The notes: a model not told the origin generated them from the letters alone. 64,000 nucleotides of DNA from a virus (IMGVR_UViG_2974671799_000001:32001-96000), one strand, 5' to 3'; numbered from the stretch's first letter, positions 1 to 9,128 are shown. Program-made: numbers and translations.

Positions 1-65
1 TCAAAAATGACTAAAAAGAAAAATTTGTTTCTATGCAAATATATAACTTTAAATCTATACCACAA

Positions 66-476
66 CTATTTTTGTAATTTTTCTCGATTTTTCTTATCCT
101 TTCTCATTTCACTAATAGGTTTTATAAGCTCTCCATAGCCATGAACCTCTTTACCAATATACTCATGACAATAAGAAATTCTAGAATTATGCGCCCAATG
201 ACTCTCATAAGGTCTTGGTGCGTTTCTCTTTTTACGAACCTTACCATTATCTCCTGTAGGTTTCCAATCATCAACATTTTTGTTTCTAGATTCACCCAAA
301 GCAGGATGTACTGTTTTTGTATAGTAGCGTCTTCCATCTGCTTTATAAATAGCACCTGTAAAGTTACTAATCTGATATCCTAAACCTAAACCTTGAAAAT
401 CAGGCAAAACAACTATTCTACTTTCACGGAATGCTCTTTTAATAAACGGTGATGGTAGTGGTGATATTACATTAAT
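66..476 (-). CDS. GNAT acetyltransferase C-terminal domain, in frame with 477..1238 across a single TGA
   Basis: Same frame reads INVISPLPSPFIKRAFRESRIVVLPDFQGLGLG (acetyl-CoA motif A) through to TAG at 66-68. Confidence 0.75.
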   Translation of the reverse strand: MNVISPLPSPFIKRAFRESRIVVLPDFQGLGLGYQISNFTGAIYKADGRRYYTKTVHPALGESRNKNVDDWKPTGDNGKVRKKRNAPRPYESHWAHNSRISYCHEYIGKEVHGYGELIKPISEMRKDKKNREKLQK

Positions 477-1238
477 TCAAACAGGAACACCATTCCAAGT
501 AAATAGGTAATGCGCATATGATTTATTGTTTAGTTCGGTTAGATAATGATGTTTTTTGAACAAATCCCAAGTACCATACTCGACTCTACTAACTTGTAAT
601 TCGATTTTTGGTCTGCTTCCGAGCCGATGTTCGCCTATCTCTAGTGCGCCCCCTTTTTGTGGTGAACACGTCCAATCAGGTGTTAACCATTCCATTATAT
701 CATAGTGACAACAAGCCAAAATGATTTTCTTATTATATTTTCTGATATACTTTTGAAGTGCGAAACTCATCGATTTAGCAACATTTCTATCTACTACAGA
801 TGTGTACTCATCAACTAATATAATTTCACCTTCATTAGAATTTGCAACTAAATAAGCTAATTTTGCTCTATATTGTTCACCATTGCTAAGTGTTTTATAT
901 GGTCTTAACCATGACGGTACAGAAGAAAGACCCATAGATGAAAGTAGTTTACAGGCTTCTCTAGGTTCTATGAAGTCAAAGTTTTGGATTAAAGGTTTAT
1001 TCTCATCGAAATTTACATCTTTAAGAGTTCCATAATCTTTAAGTATTGATGTTTTACCCGAACCACTTGCTCCATAAATTACACCAATATTCCAATTGAA
1101 GTTTTCGTCTTCAAGTTTAGAAAGGTCGTAATTAATTTCAGTTACTGTTTGTTCTCTATTTTGGATATCATAAGTTTCATAAATATAATCTGTATATTCA
1201 CTATTAATGATATCGTGTTTAAGTTCTATTTTATTCAT
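477..1238 (-). CDS. ABC-type ATPase domain; N-terminal part of a phage ABC-ATPase/GNAT fusion
   Basis: Walker A GASGSGKT, signature LSNGEQYR, Walker B ILVDEY, H-loop CH; WDLFKKHHYL begins the GNAT part; ends at TGA 477-479. Confidence 0.85.
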   Translation of the reverse strand: MNKIELKHDIINSEYTDYIYETYDIQNREQTVTEINYDLSKLEDENFNWNIGVIYGASGSGKTSILKDYGTLKDVNFDENKPLIQNFDFIEPREACKLLSSMGLSSVPSWLRPYKTLSNGEQYRAKLAYLVANSNEGEIILVDEYTSVVDRNVAKSMSFALQKYIRKYNKKIILACCHYDIMEWLTPDWTCSPQKGGALEIGEHRLGSRPKIELQVSRVEYGTWDLFKKHHYLTELNNKSYAHYLFTWNGVPV

Positions 1239-1998
1239 TCTTTAAAATTTGAAAATTTTCTACACTAATTAATCCACAAGATTCTTTCATTTCACCAATC
1301 TTTATACGTAATGTCTTGTTTTTTATTCTTTTTGGTTTTGAATTTAACATTGGTAATGCATATTCGAATCCTTTATAATCATATACCTTATAATCACTAA
1401 ATTCAAAACGTATTTTAGTACCTTTTATATCGAACCATTGATACGCAATCTCTTCACTATTCAAAAAGCTAGTATCTATTTTTAGATTCCTGTCAATCTC
1501 TACATCTATGTAATCACCAACTGTTAAAGTTCTGAAAGGTGATAATTCCTTTAAATCCATTATCTCCTTGGCTTTTTCTTTATGAATATAAACACCATCC
1601 ATTTCAACATAACCATTTGATTCAAGTACTTTAGATGCCACTATTGAACCAGTTTTTTCGAAATACCAACATAAGTATTCCATATCGAGACATTCGAATA
1701 TATTTTTGTCGCGATACTTCCCGAACATGAAAAATGGTGAAATTTTATCAGGTAATTCACACCACCCTTTTTTGCGCTCAGTCCATGAATTAAATTTACC
1801 TTTTAGATGAAAGTCAACATCTAATTTTGTACAACCCATTTCTTTAGCCTTCTGCTTTGCTTTGTTTTCACACATTGAAAGGTTTTGTATAAACGCATAA
1901 TGAGTAACTATATATGGTAAATTAATTCTACTAAATTCTGTTGTTGTTTTCACATCCCAAAGAGTGTAATAAACGCTTGTAAATCCTATATGTAACAT
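1231..1998 (-). CDS. Hypothetical protein with FGKY motif
   Basis: 255-aa ORF, MFGKYRDK...YLCW motif, overlaps next gene. Confidence 0.7.
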   Translation of the reverse strand: MLHIGFTSVYYTLWDVKTTTEFSRINLPYIVTHYAFIQNLSMCENKAKQKAKEMGCTKLDVDFHLKGKFNSWTERKKGWCELPDKISPFFMFGKYRDKNIFECLDMEYLCWYFEKTGSIVASKVLESNGYVEMDGVYIHKEKAKEIMDLKELSPFRTLTVGDYIDVEIDRNLKIDTSFLNSEEIAYQWFDIKGTKIRFEFSDYKVYDYKGFEYALPMLNSKPKRIKNKTLRIKIGEMKESCGLISVENFQILKNE

Positions 1999-2000
1999 TG

Positions 2001-2246
2001 TTATATGAATTTAATTTCTTTAGTTTTACTTCTCTCAATATCGTTTTCAATCTTACAAACTTTATTTGCAAACATTAAAACTAATAAACCACGGTTTTCA
2101 TTCCATTGTTTAGGAGTTATACCAACTTCTTTAGCGATTTCAGCACATTTTTTGACAAACTCTTTATCATTAACCAACTCTTCACGTCTTTTTAGCTCGT
2201 TAGATATCATTTGTTGTGCTTTATTTATTTCTATTGCAGTATTCAT
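2001..2246 (-). CDS. Hypothetical protein
   Basis: ORF directly after promoter at 2265-2296. Confidence 0.65.
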   Translation of the reverse strand: MNTAIEINKAQQMISNELKRREELVNDKEFVKKCAEIAKEVGITPKQWNENRGLLVLMFANKVCKIENDIERSKTKEIKFI

Positions 2247-2284
2247 TTTTAATTATTTATACAACAAATATAAAATATTTAAAG

Positions 2285-2710
2285 TTATTGACCAAGAACA
2301 TTTTTAGATTTTTCGAAAATGTCATTAAAAAGAAACTCTTTTGTTATTATAATAGGTTCTAACGAATATACTTTTTCATGACTTATAGACACGCTAGTAT
2401 TGATGTTATTCAACGATGATAGCTTTTTAAAAAGTTCTTTAGGTTTTATACAAAGCTTTGCGGGAATATTAGAACCATAAGAATTTGTATATTGTTCAAC
2501 AATCGCATAATTTGAATTTGGTCTAGTTAATATTTTTGTTTTAGAAAAGTTACCTTCACCACCACTAAGATGGTAAAGATATGACATCTTATCTTTTTCT
2601 AACATTTCTAAAAACTTTATACTTTCGATATCATTATCAAATGGTATCAATGCTTCTAAAATAACATTATTGAAGTATTTTAAAATAATCTTTATAACTA
2701 TAGCTTCCAT
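2285..2710 (-). CDS. Hypothetical protein
   Basis: 141-aa ORF in tightly packed minus-strand run. Confidence 0.65.
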   Translation of the reverse strand: MEAIVIKIILKYFNNVILEALIPFDNDIESIKFLEMLEKDKMSYLYHLSGGEGNFSKTKILTRPNSNYAIVEQYTNSYGSNIPAKLCIKPKELFKKLSSLNNINTSVSISHEKVYSLEPIIITKEFLFNDIFEKSKNVLGQ

Positions 2711-2713
2711 ATT

Positions 2714-3226
2714 TTATAATTTTTCGATTAATTTAATGTTTGATTGCTTCTTAGATATTTTGATATGACGAACCCATTCAGCATCAGAACAACCATAAGT
2801 AACTTCTAAACCTAATTTTTCACAAGCTTTACCAACAGACTCCATTAATTCGAAGTTATCTTTTCTAGAACCGAAAATAGTCTCAACACCTAAACCATAA
2901 TTACAAGCTCTAACATTAGGTAATGATTTATCAGCGTTTATAATATCAGCAACCTTTTTAAAATCACTAGTATAATTTCTGTAAGTAACGTTTTGTTTCT
3001 TAGATATACGCTCTAAAACGTACTCTGTTGTATAAGCCTTAACCTTTGGTATTTTAATAGTGAAATTTTCGAAAAATGAATCAGGAGTATATACTATTAA
3101 TTCAATAACGTCTTTTGTTAAAGTATCTTTGCAAAATTCTTTTTCAGAAGTGAATCTAGTTGTATATCCTAAAGAGTTTAATTCCTTAACTGTTTCTTTT
3201 ACGTTTTTTAATTGAGTATTTGTCAT
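2714..3226 (-). CDS. Hypothetical protein
   Basis: 170-aa ORF after promoter at 3250-3281. Confidence 0.7.
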   Translation of the reverse strand: MTNTQLKNVKETVKELNSLGYTTRFTSEKEFCKDTLTKDVIELIVYTPDSFFENFTIKIPKVKAYTTEYVLERISKKQNVTYRNYTSDFKKVADIINADKSLPNVRACNYGLGVETIFGSRKDNFELMESVGKACEKLGLEVTYGCSDAEWVRHIKISKKQSNIKLIEKL

Positions 3227-3249
3227 TTTATCTATTATTAAATTCTATA

Positions 3250-3289
3250 CAAATATAAAAAACCTTTTGGAAACTACCAAAAGGTTTTT
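3250..3289 (-). promoter_or_regulatory. Bacteroidota sigma70-type promoter embedded in an intrinsic terminator hairpin
   Basis: Minus strand TTTG-N20-TATATTTG; 13-bp stem AAAAACCTTTTGG/CCAAAAGGTTTTT spans the -33 box and spacer. Confidence 0.8.
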
Positions 3290-3292
3290 CAA

Positions 3293-3529
3293 TTATTTTA
3301 TTCCACTATATATTAAAACTATGATAATCATATAAATGAATGCTAGAAAAAATGTACACAAGAAGTGAAATATAAATAACGGAATGTTATCTAAATACGA
3401 TTTTTTAAGTTCATCATAACCACCAACAAACCAACTACCAGTTAAAATCATAGTAGCTAATGAAAGTATTATACTAATTATCAGGAATACAATTCCCAAT
3501 AAGATATTATTATTTAAAAGTGATTCCAT
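3293..3529 (-). CDS. Small two-TM membrane protein
   Basis: Two hydrophobic helices; overlaps end of beta-barrel gene. Confidence 0.65.
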   Translation of the reverse strand: MESLLNNNILLGIVFLIISIILSLATMILTGSWFVGGYDELKKSYLDNIPLFIFHFLCTFFLAFIYMIIIVLIYSGIK

Positions 3530-4086
3530 GACACACCGATACTATAACTTAACATATTAGGATTGTATTTGATAGTAGGTGAAAAAATCCAGTTATTATC
3601 CAATTTCCAGTAATACTTTATACCAAAATCTATCAATGTTTCTCTAAACTTTGAAGCTTCATTATTATTTATATTAAGCACATTTAGATATGATGTTACA
3701 CCAGTTAAAAGAAAAAAGTTATCAGTAACCTCAACACCAAAATTTAATGAAACGCCTCGAACCCAATTCCTAGTTACATAATTACCTTCATTGAAACCTA
3801 TTTCATCATAGGTACAATCATCACAAGCTGATGAGGTTGGATTACCATTCTTAAAATATTGCTTATCAGAGACAAATCCCGAATGCTCCATGCCTAATAT
3901 AATACGATTTGCCCAAACCCTTGTTGAATCTCTTTGATTCATATCAAATATAAAGTTAAATCCTGCATTATAACCAAACGTGTACTTACTATCTTTATGG
4001 TCGGCATAACCTGCATAAAGTTCATATCTTTGAGCATAAGCTCCTAAAGATAAAACTAGTATTAAAATTGTTAAAAGTTTTTTCAT
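3514..4086 (-). CDS. Outer-membrane beta-barrel protein (small, about 8 strands)
   Basis: Signal peptide ending AYA-Q, alternating amphipathic strands, C-terminal YSIGVSWNHF. Confidence 0.75.
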   Translation of the reverse strand: MKKLLTILILVLSLGAYAQRYELYAGYADHKDSKYTFGYNAGFNFIFDMNQRDSTRVWANRIILGMEHSGFVSDKQYFKNGNPTSSACDDCTYDEIGFNEGNYVTRNWVRGVSLNFGVEVTDNFFLLTGVTSYLNVLNINNNEASKFRETLIDFGIKYYWKLDNNWIFSPTIKYNPNMLSYSIGVSWNHF

Positions 4087-4110
4087 AATATTTAATTTAG
4101 TTTTTATTAA

Positions 4111-4137
4111 AAAAGCCGTAACAATGTCACGGCTTTT
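4111..4137 (-). terminator. Intrinsic terminator/hairpin between lipoprotein and beta-barrel genes
   Basis: AAAAGCCGTGAC-ATT-GTTACGGCTTTT followed by more T. Confidence 0.75.
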
Positions 4138-4164
4138 GTCTTATTTTCTATTCTTTATTCTTTA

Positions 4165-5058
4165 TTAGTTTCCACCTAAATCAGTAGGACAATCAGGACA
4201 GTAAGTTTCAATCCAATCTTGGAAATTTAAAGTAATTCCTTGGATATCTTCGAACAAACCCGTATCTGTAACCTCATAAACACAAGTGATTGATGTAGAA
4301 GCTGTAATCTCTAATACCTTGTTATACACTTTAATGATTTGACCAGTAGATTTACTATAAATATTGAATCTTAATGTAATAGTGTTTCCAACTAATGCTG
4401 TCTCATCAGACCAATAAGAAATTAATGATTCATTTTTCTTTAATTCTTTTGTATCTACTACAACACCGTCCTGTAAAACATCCACAATACATAATGTATT
4501 ATTTTTCACCCAAGAACCCGATTTATAACGTAATACTGATAATCTACGACCATGTTGAGTACGCATATCTAAGTTTACAACATTTGTTCCTTGTACAATT
4601 TCTTTAGTTTGTGGTGTAGCTTCATATAAAACGTATGGTAAAACCGACTTATAACTATTGATATTACCATTGAATTTAGTTAAATTATTGTAACCTATTG
4701 CTGATGTTGTAGTCCATGCTGTAATTTCATTTGAACCAATTGCAACATCGTCCATTTCAAAGTTATCTAATGCACCAGTTGTAGAGTTAGGAACTAAAGT
4801 AAATGTTTCTTGTGCTGTGTGATTTAAACCAGTATTATCAAAATTAATTGTCACATCTTTAACCCAGTCATAAATTCCATTTCTCTTAACGTCTTTTGAT
4901 GCCTTTGTTTCTTCTGAACTTTTTGCTGACGATTGTTGATTGAAAATTGATACTACTTTTGTGGTTTGAATACCATCATTTGGTAATTCGTCATGGGATG
5001 AGCATGATGTAAATCCGATTGTTAACACCGCTACTAATAAATAAATGATTTTTTTCAT
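4165..5058 (-). CDS. Surface lipoprotein, type V pilin (fimbrillin)-like
   Basis: Lipobox FTS-C, acidic export-like SSHDE, beta-rich body, C-terminal ITLNFQDW strand. Confidence 0.65.
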   Translation of the reverse strand: MKKIIYLLVAVLTIGFTSCSSHDELPNDGIQTTKVVSIFNQQSSAKSSEETKASKDVKRNGIYDWVKDVTINFDNTGLNHTAQETFTLVPNSTTGALDNFEMDDVAIGSNEITAWTTTSAIGYNNLTKFNGNINSYKSVLPYVLYEATPQTKEIVQGTNVVNLDMRTQHGRRLSVLRYKSGSWVKNNTLCIVDVLQDGVVVDTKELKKNESLISYWSDETALVGNTITLRFNIYSKSTGQIIKVYNKVLEITASTSITCVYEVTDTGLFEDIQGITLNFQDWIETYCPDCPTDLGGN

Positions 5059-5120
5059 AAAATTTAAAATTTAAAATTAATAATTATTTTTATTTTTAAT
5101 GTTACCCCCGTAACACGTTG

Positions 5121-5153
5121 CAAATATAAAACCTTTTTCTAATATAATCCAAA
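5121..5153 (-). promoter_or_regulatory. Bacteroidota-type promoter for the lipoprotein gene
   Basis: TTTG-N21-TATATTTG. Confidence 0.75.
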
Positions 5154-5200
5154 TATTTTTTGAATTTTTGAAATTATTTTTTAAAGTGTTGACTTTCAAC

Positions 5201-5683
5201 CTAATGTTTACAAAATAATTCATACTTGAAAGATGTTAATATTTCGCTTTGTTCGATAAAGTTTGCTATAAATACAACCGTAGATGATTCCTTATCATTT
5301 TTAACAACATCTACCATCGATGTAAAGTTTTCTTCATTAATGATATATGTATTTATATTACGACCATAATACCCACTCAAATCAATTTCATTAACTTGTA
5401 TATCACCAAAAATTAAAACTTGAACATCATTACCTTTTGTTTCGAATGGGTGACAAAATGTGTACTCCTGTGTAAAGTAATTAACTTTACCAACAATAGG
5501 AATCATTGGTGTTTGTGGTATAATATCTTGTGCTATTGTTATACATCTTTGTTCTATCACCGAACCAGTTAAGAAAAGTTTTTCTTTAATTTCTTCCATA
5601 GAATTTTTTGAGTTTTTGATTTCTTCTTCTGATGGAATATTTATCGGGTCTATACTAGCATTAGATAATTTTACTTCTTTCAT
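5201..5683 (-). CDS. Hypothetical protein
   Basis: 160-aa ORF, ATGA overlap with upstream gene. Confidence 0.65.
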   Translation of the reverse strand: MKEVKLSNASIDPINIPSEEEIKNSKNSMEEIKEKLFLTGSVIEQRCITIAQDIIPQTPMIPIVGKVNYFTQEYTFCHPFETKGNDVQVLIFGDIQVNEIDLSGYYGRNINTYIINEENFTSMVDVVKNDKESSTVVFIANFIEQSEILTSFKYELFCKH

Positions 5684-6102
5684 AAATCTTTCAGTTTTGT
5701 TATATTGTGTGTTTTACATAGTACTTTTAGAAAAGGCTTAACCAGTAAATTTTGGTCGTCTTTCAAAAGTATCGTTTTATCCTTAGACCATATCTCGAAA
5801 ATTCTACAGTCTTTCAATAAAACTGGTTCATCAACAGGCGTATCATGCTCCGCATATATAATCCAAGCAAGACCACCATCACGAACCCACTTAACAGCAA
5901 TTCTTTCGAGTGCTAATTTTTGTCCGAATGGTGGTCTATTTCCTTTAACCTTTAACTCAAAGATAAACAGATACTTACCTTCAATTTCTATGAGTGCGTC
6001 GATATCTGTAGGGTGTATCTTTTTAGATTTAATACCAACAAAGTCGATAGGTTGTTTTGCTCGATTAATAGAGTGTATAAGACCTTTAGGTTTTTGCTCC
6101 AC
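5680..6102 (-). CDS. PD-(D/E)XK-fold nuclease-like protein
   Basis: PTDIDALIE...FIFELK motif. Confidence 0.55.
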   Translation of the reverse strand: MEQKPKGLIHSINRAKQPIDFVGIKSKKIHPTDIDALIEIEGKYLFIFELKVKGNRPPFGQKLALERIAVKWVRDGGLAWIIYAEHDTPVDEPVLLKDCRIFEIWSKDKTILLKDDQNLLVKPFLKVLCKTHNITKLKDL

Positions 6103-6406
6103 CTTTTATAATTTTTGGCTTTCCGATAGTATTTTCATCTTCACTTACTAAAGGAACTATTGCTTCTTCTGAACTAGCTATAGTTTCTAATTCAGCACTT
6201 TTAGCTTGTTGTTCTGCTTGTCTTTGTTCAGCCCTTTCATCTAAGATTTCTTGAATTTCTTCTTCATATCTTTGTTGAAATTCTTTTTCAAGTCTTTCAA
6301 TTTGCTTTTTTTGTTTCAAATCTGATGAAAAACGTTGTTGTTTGATTTGTCTTCTGTTGTGTGCTGATTTTCTTTTTTGGTTCTTTCTGTGTTTACTCTT
6401 TGGCAT
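6086..6406 (-). CDS. Basic N-terminus/coiled-coil protein (MPKSKHRK)
   Basis: 106-aa ORF, K/R-rich N-terminus, acidic C-half. Confidence 0.65.
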   Translation of the reverse strand: MPKSKHRKNQKRKSAHNRRQIKQQRFSSDLKQKKQIERLEKEFQQRYEEEIQEILDERAEQRQAEQQAKSAELETIASSEEAIVPLVSEDENTIGKPKIIKGGAKT

Positions 6407-6440
6407 ACTTATTTAAAAATTAAAATTGTTAAAAAATAAA

Positions 6441-6517
6441 ATAGTGGCGAATATCACCATTTGAAGGACGAATCCTAAAGAAGCCCAAAAACCCTCACGA
6501 GTTTTATATGGGCTTTT
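6441..6517 (-). ncRNA. Putative structured RNA or 5' leader with three hairpins
   Basis: GNRA (GUGA) hairpin, UUCG hairpin and a third stem; the G-U wobbles form only on the minus strand. Confidence 0.45.
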
Positions 6518-6709
6518 AACTAGAGAATATAATACTTTATGTAAGTTATTCATCTTTTATACGTTTAAGTTCCGAAATAAATGTTTTATAACATGATTTC
6601 TTTGTCTCCAACCTATTTTTTTGACTATTACTATCTGTTGAATCCAAAAGTTTATTACAATTTTCAATTCTTCTTTCGTAATCTTCAATTAATTGCTCTA
6701 CTGTCATGA

Positions 6710-7273
6710 TTATAAATTTGGCATATATTCTTCAATAAATCTAATCACTCGTTTTGTATATTTCAACTTATCCTTTGTGCTTTCAAAAGATAGGTCGTAA
6801 TCATACTTTTCTACATTTTCATCAGCATGGTTTGAAACACTTTCATCAAAATCTCGCCAATCCGAATCAACCAAAACAGTAAGAACATTGATAGAATCTT
6901 TTTTACATATATTTACCAACCATTCAATGTTTTCAGGCTCTCTACTATGTAAGAAACCATAATTAACACCTAAACGTTCCATTTCTTCATTAACGTGCTT
7001 GTAAGCACTTCTTAATGTGATATTATCAAGGTGTTTATCCAATGAATCCTTTGAGTCTGATAAAACAGGTCTAAAAGCATCTTTTATTTCAGGTACATCT
7101 TCTTTATAACCAAAAACTTCAAATGCTTTTTTAACCAATGTTACTGTCGAAACATTTGGAATCTCAATGTCTTTTAAATCACAAATCGTGTCTATTAAAT
7201 AATCCTTCCCAACTCTAGGATAACCATTTAAAATTATAATTGTTTTTTCCATATTTATTATTGTTTTTTGCAA
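6710..7273 (-). CDS. P-loop nucleotide monophosphate kinase-like protein
   Basis: IILNGYPRVGKD P-loop, HSREPENI, NHADENV...YD; likely start MEKT. Confidence 0.7.
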   Translation of the reverse strand: MQKTIINMEKTIIILNGYPRVGKDYLIDTICDLKDIEIPNVSTVTLVKKAFEVFGYKEDVPEIKDAFRPVLSDSKDSLDKHLDNITLRSAYKHVNEEMERLGVNYGFLHSREPENIEWLVNICKKDSINVLTVLVDSDWRDFDESVSNHADENVEKYDYDLSFESTKDKLKYTKRVIRFIEEYMPNL

Positions 7274-7290
7274 AGATAGTTAATTATTAT

Positions 7291-7401
7291 TTAATCTACA
7301 AACAACTTTCGACCAAAAGGAAAATCACGTTTAATACGAACCTTTTCTTTATATTGATTAACTTTCTTTTTATGTTTCTTTCTATGTTTACTTTTTGGCA
7401 T
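7291..7401 (-). CDS. 36-aa basic peptide MPKSKHRKKHKKKVNQYKEKVRIKRDFPFGRKLFVD (not in ORF track)
   Basis: Translated by hand; ATG 1 nt after upstream TAA; shares its first 8 residues with 6086..6406. Confidence 0.55.
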   Translation of the reverse strand: MPKSKHRKKHKKKVNQYKEKVRIKRDFPFGRKLFVD

Positions 7402-7402
7402 T

Positions 7403-8518
7403 TTATCTATTAATTATGTTACCATTTTCATCATTCTCAAACTCATTAACAACACCGTAAATCAATAATCCAAATGAAACAATGAAAACAATAATCGCTA
7501 TTATGAATAAGTGTTTTGTTTTCAATGGAACTATGATATAATCGAAGTCTGAAAAATGCTTTCTTTTCCAATTTTTCTCAACTTCTTTTATCATCAAATC
7601 AATCTTTGATTTCATGTCAATATCTCTCATGAAAATGTTATCAACATTTACTTCAATATGTTTATCATCACACCATGAGAATGTTTTTACCCAACGACCA
7701 TTTTTATCAACACATACAACCAATTCGTTCTTATTACCACCTTTCCAATACTCTTGTTGAAGTTCACCTAAGTTACCATCATTATCATCAAAAACAAGTA
7801 TAAACATTTTAATTTCATACTTATATCCATAGTAAGCATTCCAAATATTTAGTAATTTATTATCTTCATCAGAACATCCTAAACATGATTCCTGCTCATA
7901 GTTATCAACATCGGGATAATCGTATAAACCTTTAACATCTAATGAATCTAATTCACGGAACTTCATAACTGAGTTAACTGATTGAACTTTATTTTCATAA
8001 GAGTGTTTTGTAACATACGGTTGAATGTCTTCAAATTTCTTATTCCAAACAGATTTATACATATCACCATCATTATAATGATAATCACGATGCATATTAA
8101 CAAATGTTTTACCAGTTCCCCATAATTTCAAGAGGAAATTGTAATATGTTTTAGAAATATATTTTGTACTACCATCATTCATAATCATAACCCAATACTC
8201 AGGGTGGTAATCAACATAAGAACAATCATAAGTTTGTGTTGTTGTACAACCTTTACCACATGAAACGGTTCTTGTACAAGTTTGTTTAATATACTCATCC
8301 CAATCCTCGTAGTATCTAGCTTCTATAGGAAAATTAGTCCAATACTCTGTATCATTTGTTAATCCATTAATCATAATACTTTTACAAACAAATATGATAA
8401 TAAGACCAACAATTGTAGGCGCAATAAGTTCTACCCAAACTAATTTATGCTTATAAATTAGAAATGCTAACACCGACATAAAAATCGGTATTAGCAATAA
8501 AAACCATTCTATACCCAT
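7403..8518 (-). CDS. Phage membrane protein with a large periplasmic (TPM-like) domain
   Basis: Two N-terminal TMs, C-terminal TM, YWKGGNKNELVVCV motif; coupled to the LemA-like gene. Confidence 0.65.
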   Translation of the reverse strand: MGIEWFLLLIPIFMSVLAFLIYKHKLVWVELIAPTIVGLIIIFVCKSIMINGLTNDTEYWTNFPIEARYYEDWDEYIKQTCTRTVSCGKGCTTTQTYDCSYVDYHPEYWVMIMNDGSTKYISKTYYNFLLKLWGTGKTFVNMHRDYHYNDGDMYKSVWNKKFEDIQPYVTKHSYENKVQSVNSVMKFRELDSLDVKGLYDYPDVDNYEQESCLGCSDEDNKLLNIWNAYYGYKYEIKMFILVFDDNDGNLGELQQEYWKGGNKNELVVCVDKNGRWVKTFSWCDDKHIEVNVDNIFMRDIDMKSKIDLMIKEVEKNWKRKHFSDFDYIIVPLKTKHLFIIAIIVFIVSFGLLIYGVVNEFENDENGNIINR

Positions 8519-9054
8519 TAGAATAACTTTTCTCTTTTCTCAACACCAGTTTTGAAAGTCTCTTCTGCATTTTCATTTAAAATTACAGGTAAATCAATCT
8601 TAGTGTTATTTGAAATAAACCACTTACTAGGAATAGTTGTAATAAGGTTATCATGTTGTCTTCCTAAATCAATCAATTGCTTTTGTTGTGTTAAGAATGT
8701 TCTACGTTCTGATTTGATATCAGCTTGAACTTGCTTCAATAATTCAGGAGAGTAATTAGGATTTGATTCTTTAACCCATTGCATGATTTGACCTTGATTT
8801 TCAGAATAACGACCCGCGATTAACTTCGGATATATTTCTTTAAAATCATCAGCATACTTTTTAGCTACAGACGCTGAACCAAATATAATTTCCTGCATTG
8901 TTGAAAATGAAGCCTTGTTAGCATCAACTTTTGAATTGATTGAATTTCGTAACTCTACCTCAGTATTGTTGTAATCAACATACATAAAACCACAAATTGA
9001 TACGCTTATTAAAAGTGTGAATAGTAATAAAATTGAAATAATTTTTGTTCTCAT
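8518..9054 (-). CDS. LemA-like membrane-anchored coiled-coil protein
   Basis: N-terminal TM, YNN..ELR, coiled coil, TIPSKWF. Confidence 0.55.
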   Translation of the reverse strand: MRTKIISILLLFTLLISVSICGFMYVDYNNTEVELRNSINSKVDANKASFSTMQEIIFGSASVAKKYADDFKEIYPKLIAGRYSENQGQIMQWVKESNPNYSPELLKQVQADIKSERRTFLTQQKQLIDLGRQHDNLITTIPSKWFISNNTKIDLPVILNENAEETFKTGVEKREKLF

Positions 9055-9128
9055 TGAATATAAAATTTAAGTTAATAATTTTTTACAAATATAATGATTA
9101 TTATAGAATAACCAAAACTTTTTATGTT

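Noticed and set aside
477-479. Genome-wide TGA recoding or selenocysteine
   Set aside because: TGA serves as a stop at gene junctions elsewhere (5680, 16416, 32235), coding density is already high under the standard code, and no SECIS-like hairpin follows the codon
646-660. Slippery A5G5 tract between ABC and GNAT domains as a programmed frameshift
   Set aside because: The domains are already in frame and the tract is not a phased X-XXY-YYZ heptamer
6441-6517. tRNA gene
   Set aside because: No acceptor stem or T-loop GTTCRA cloverleaf; three serial hairpins instead
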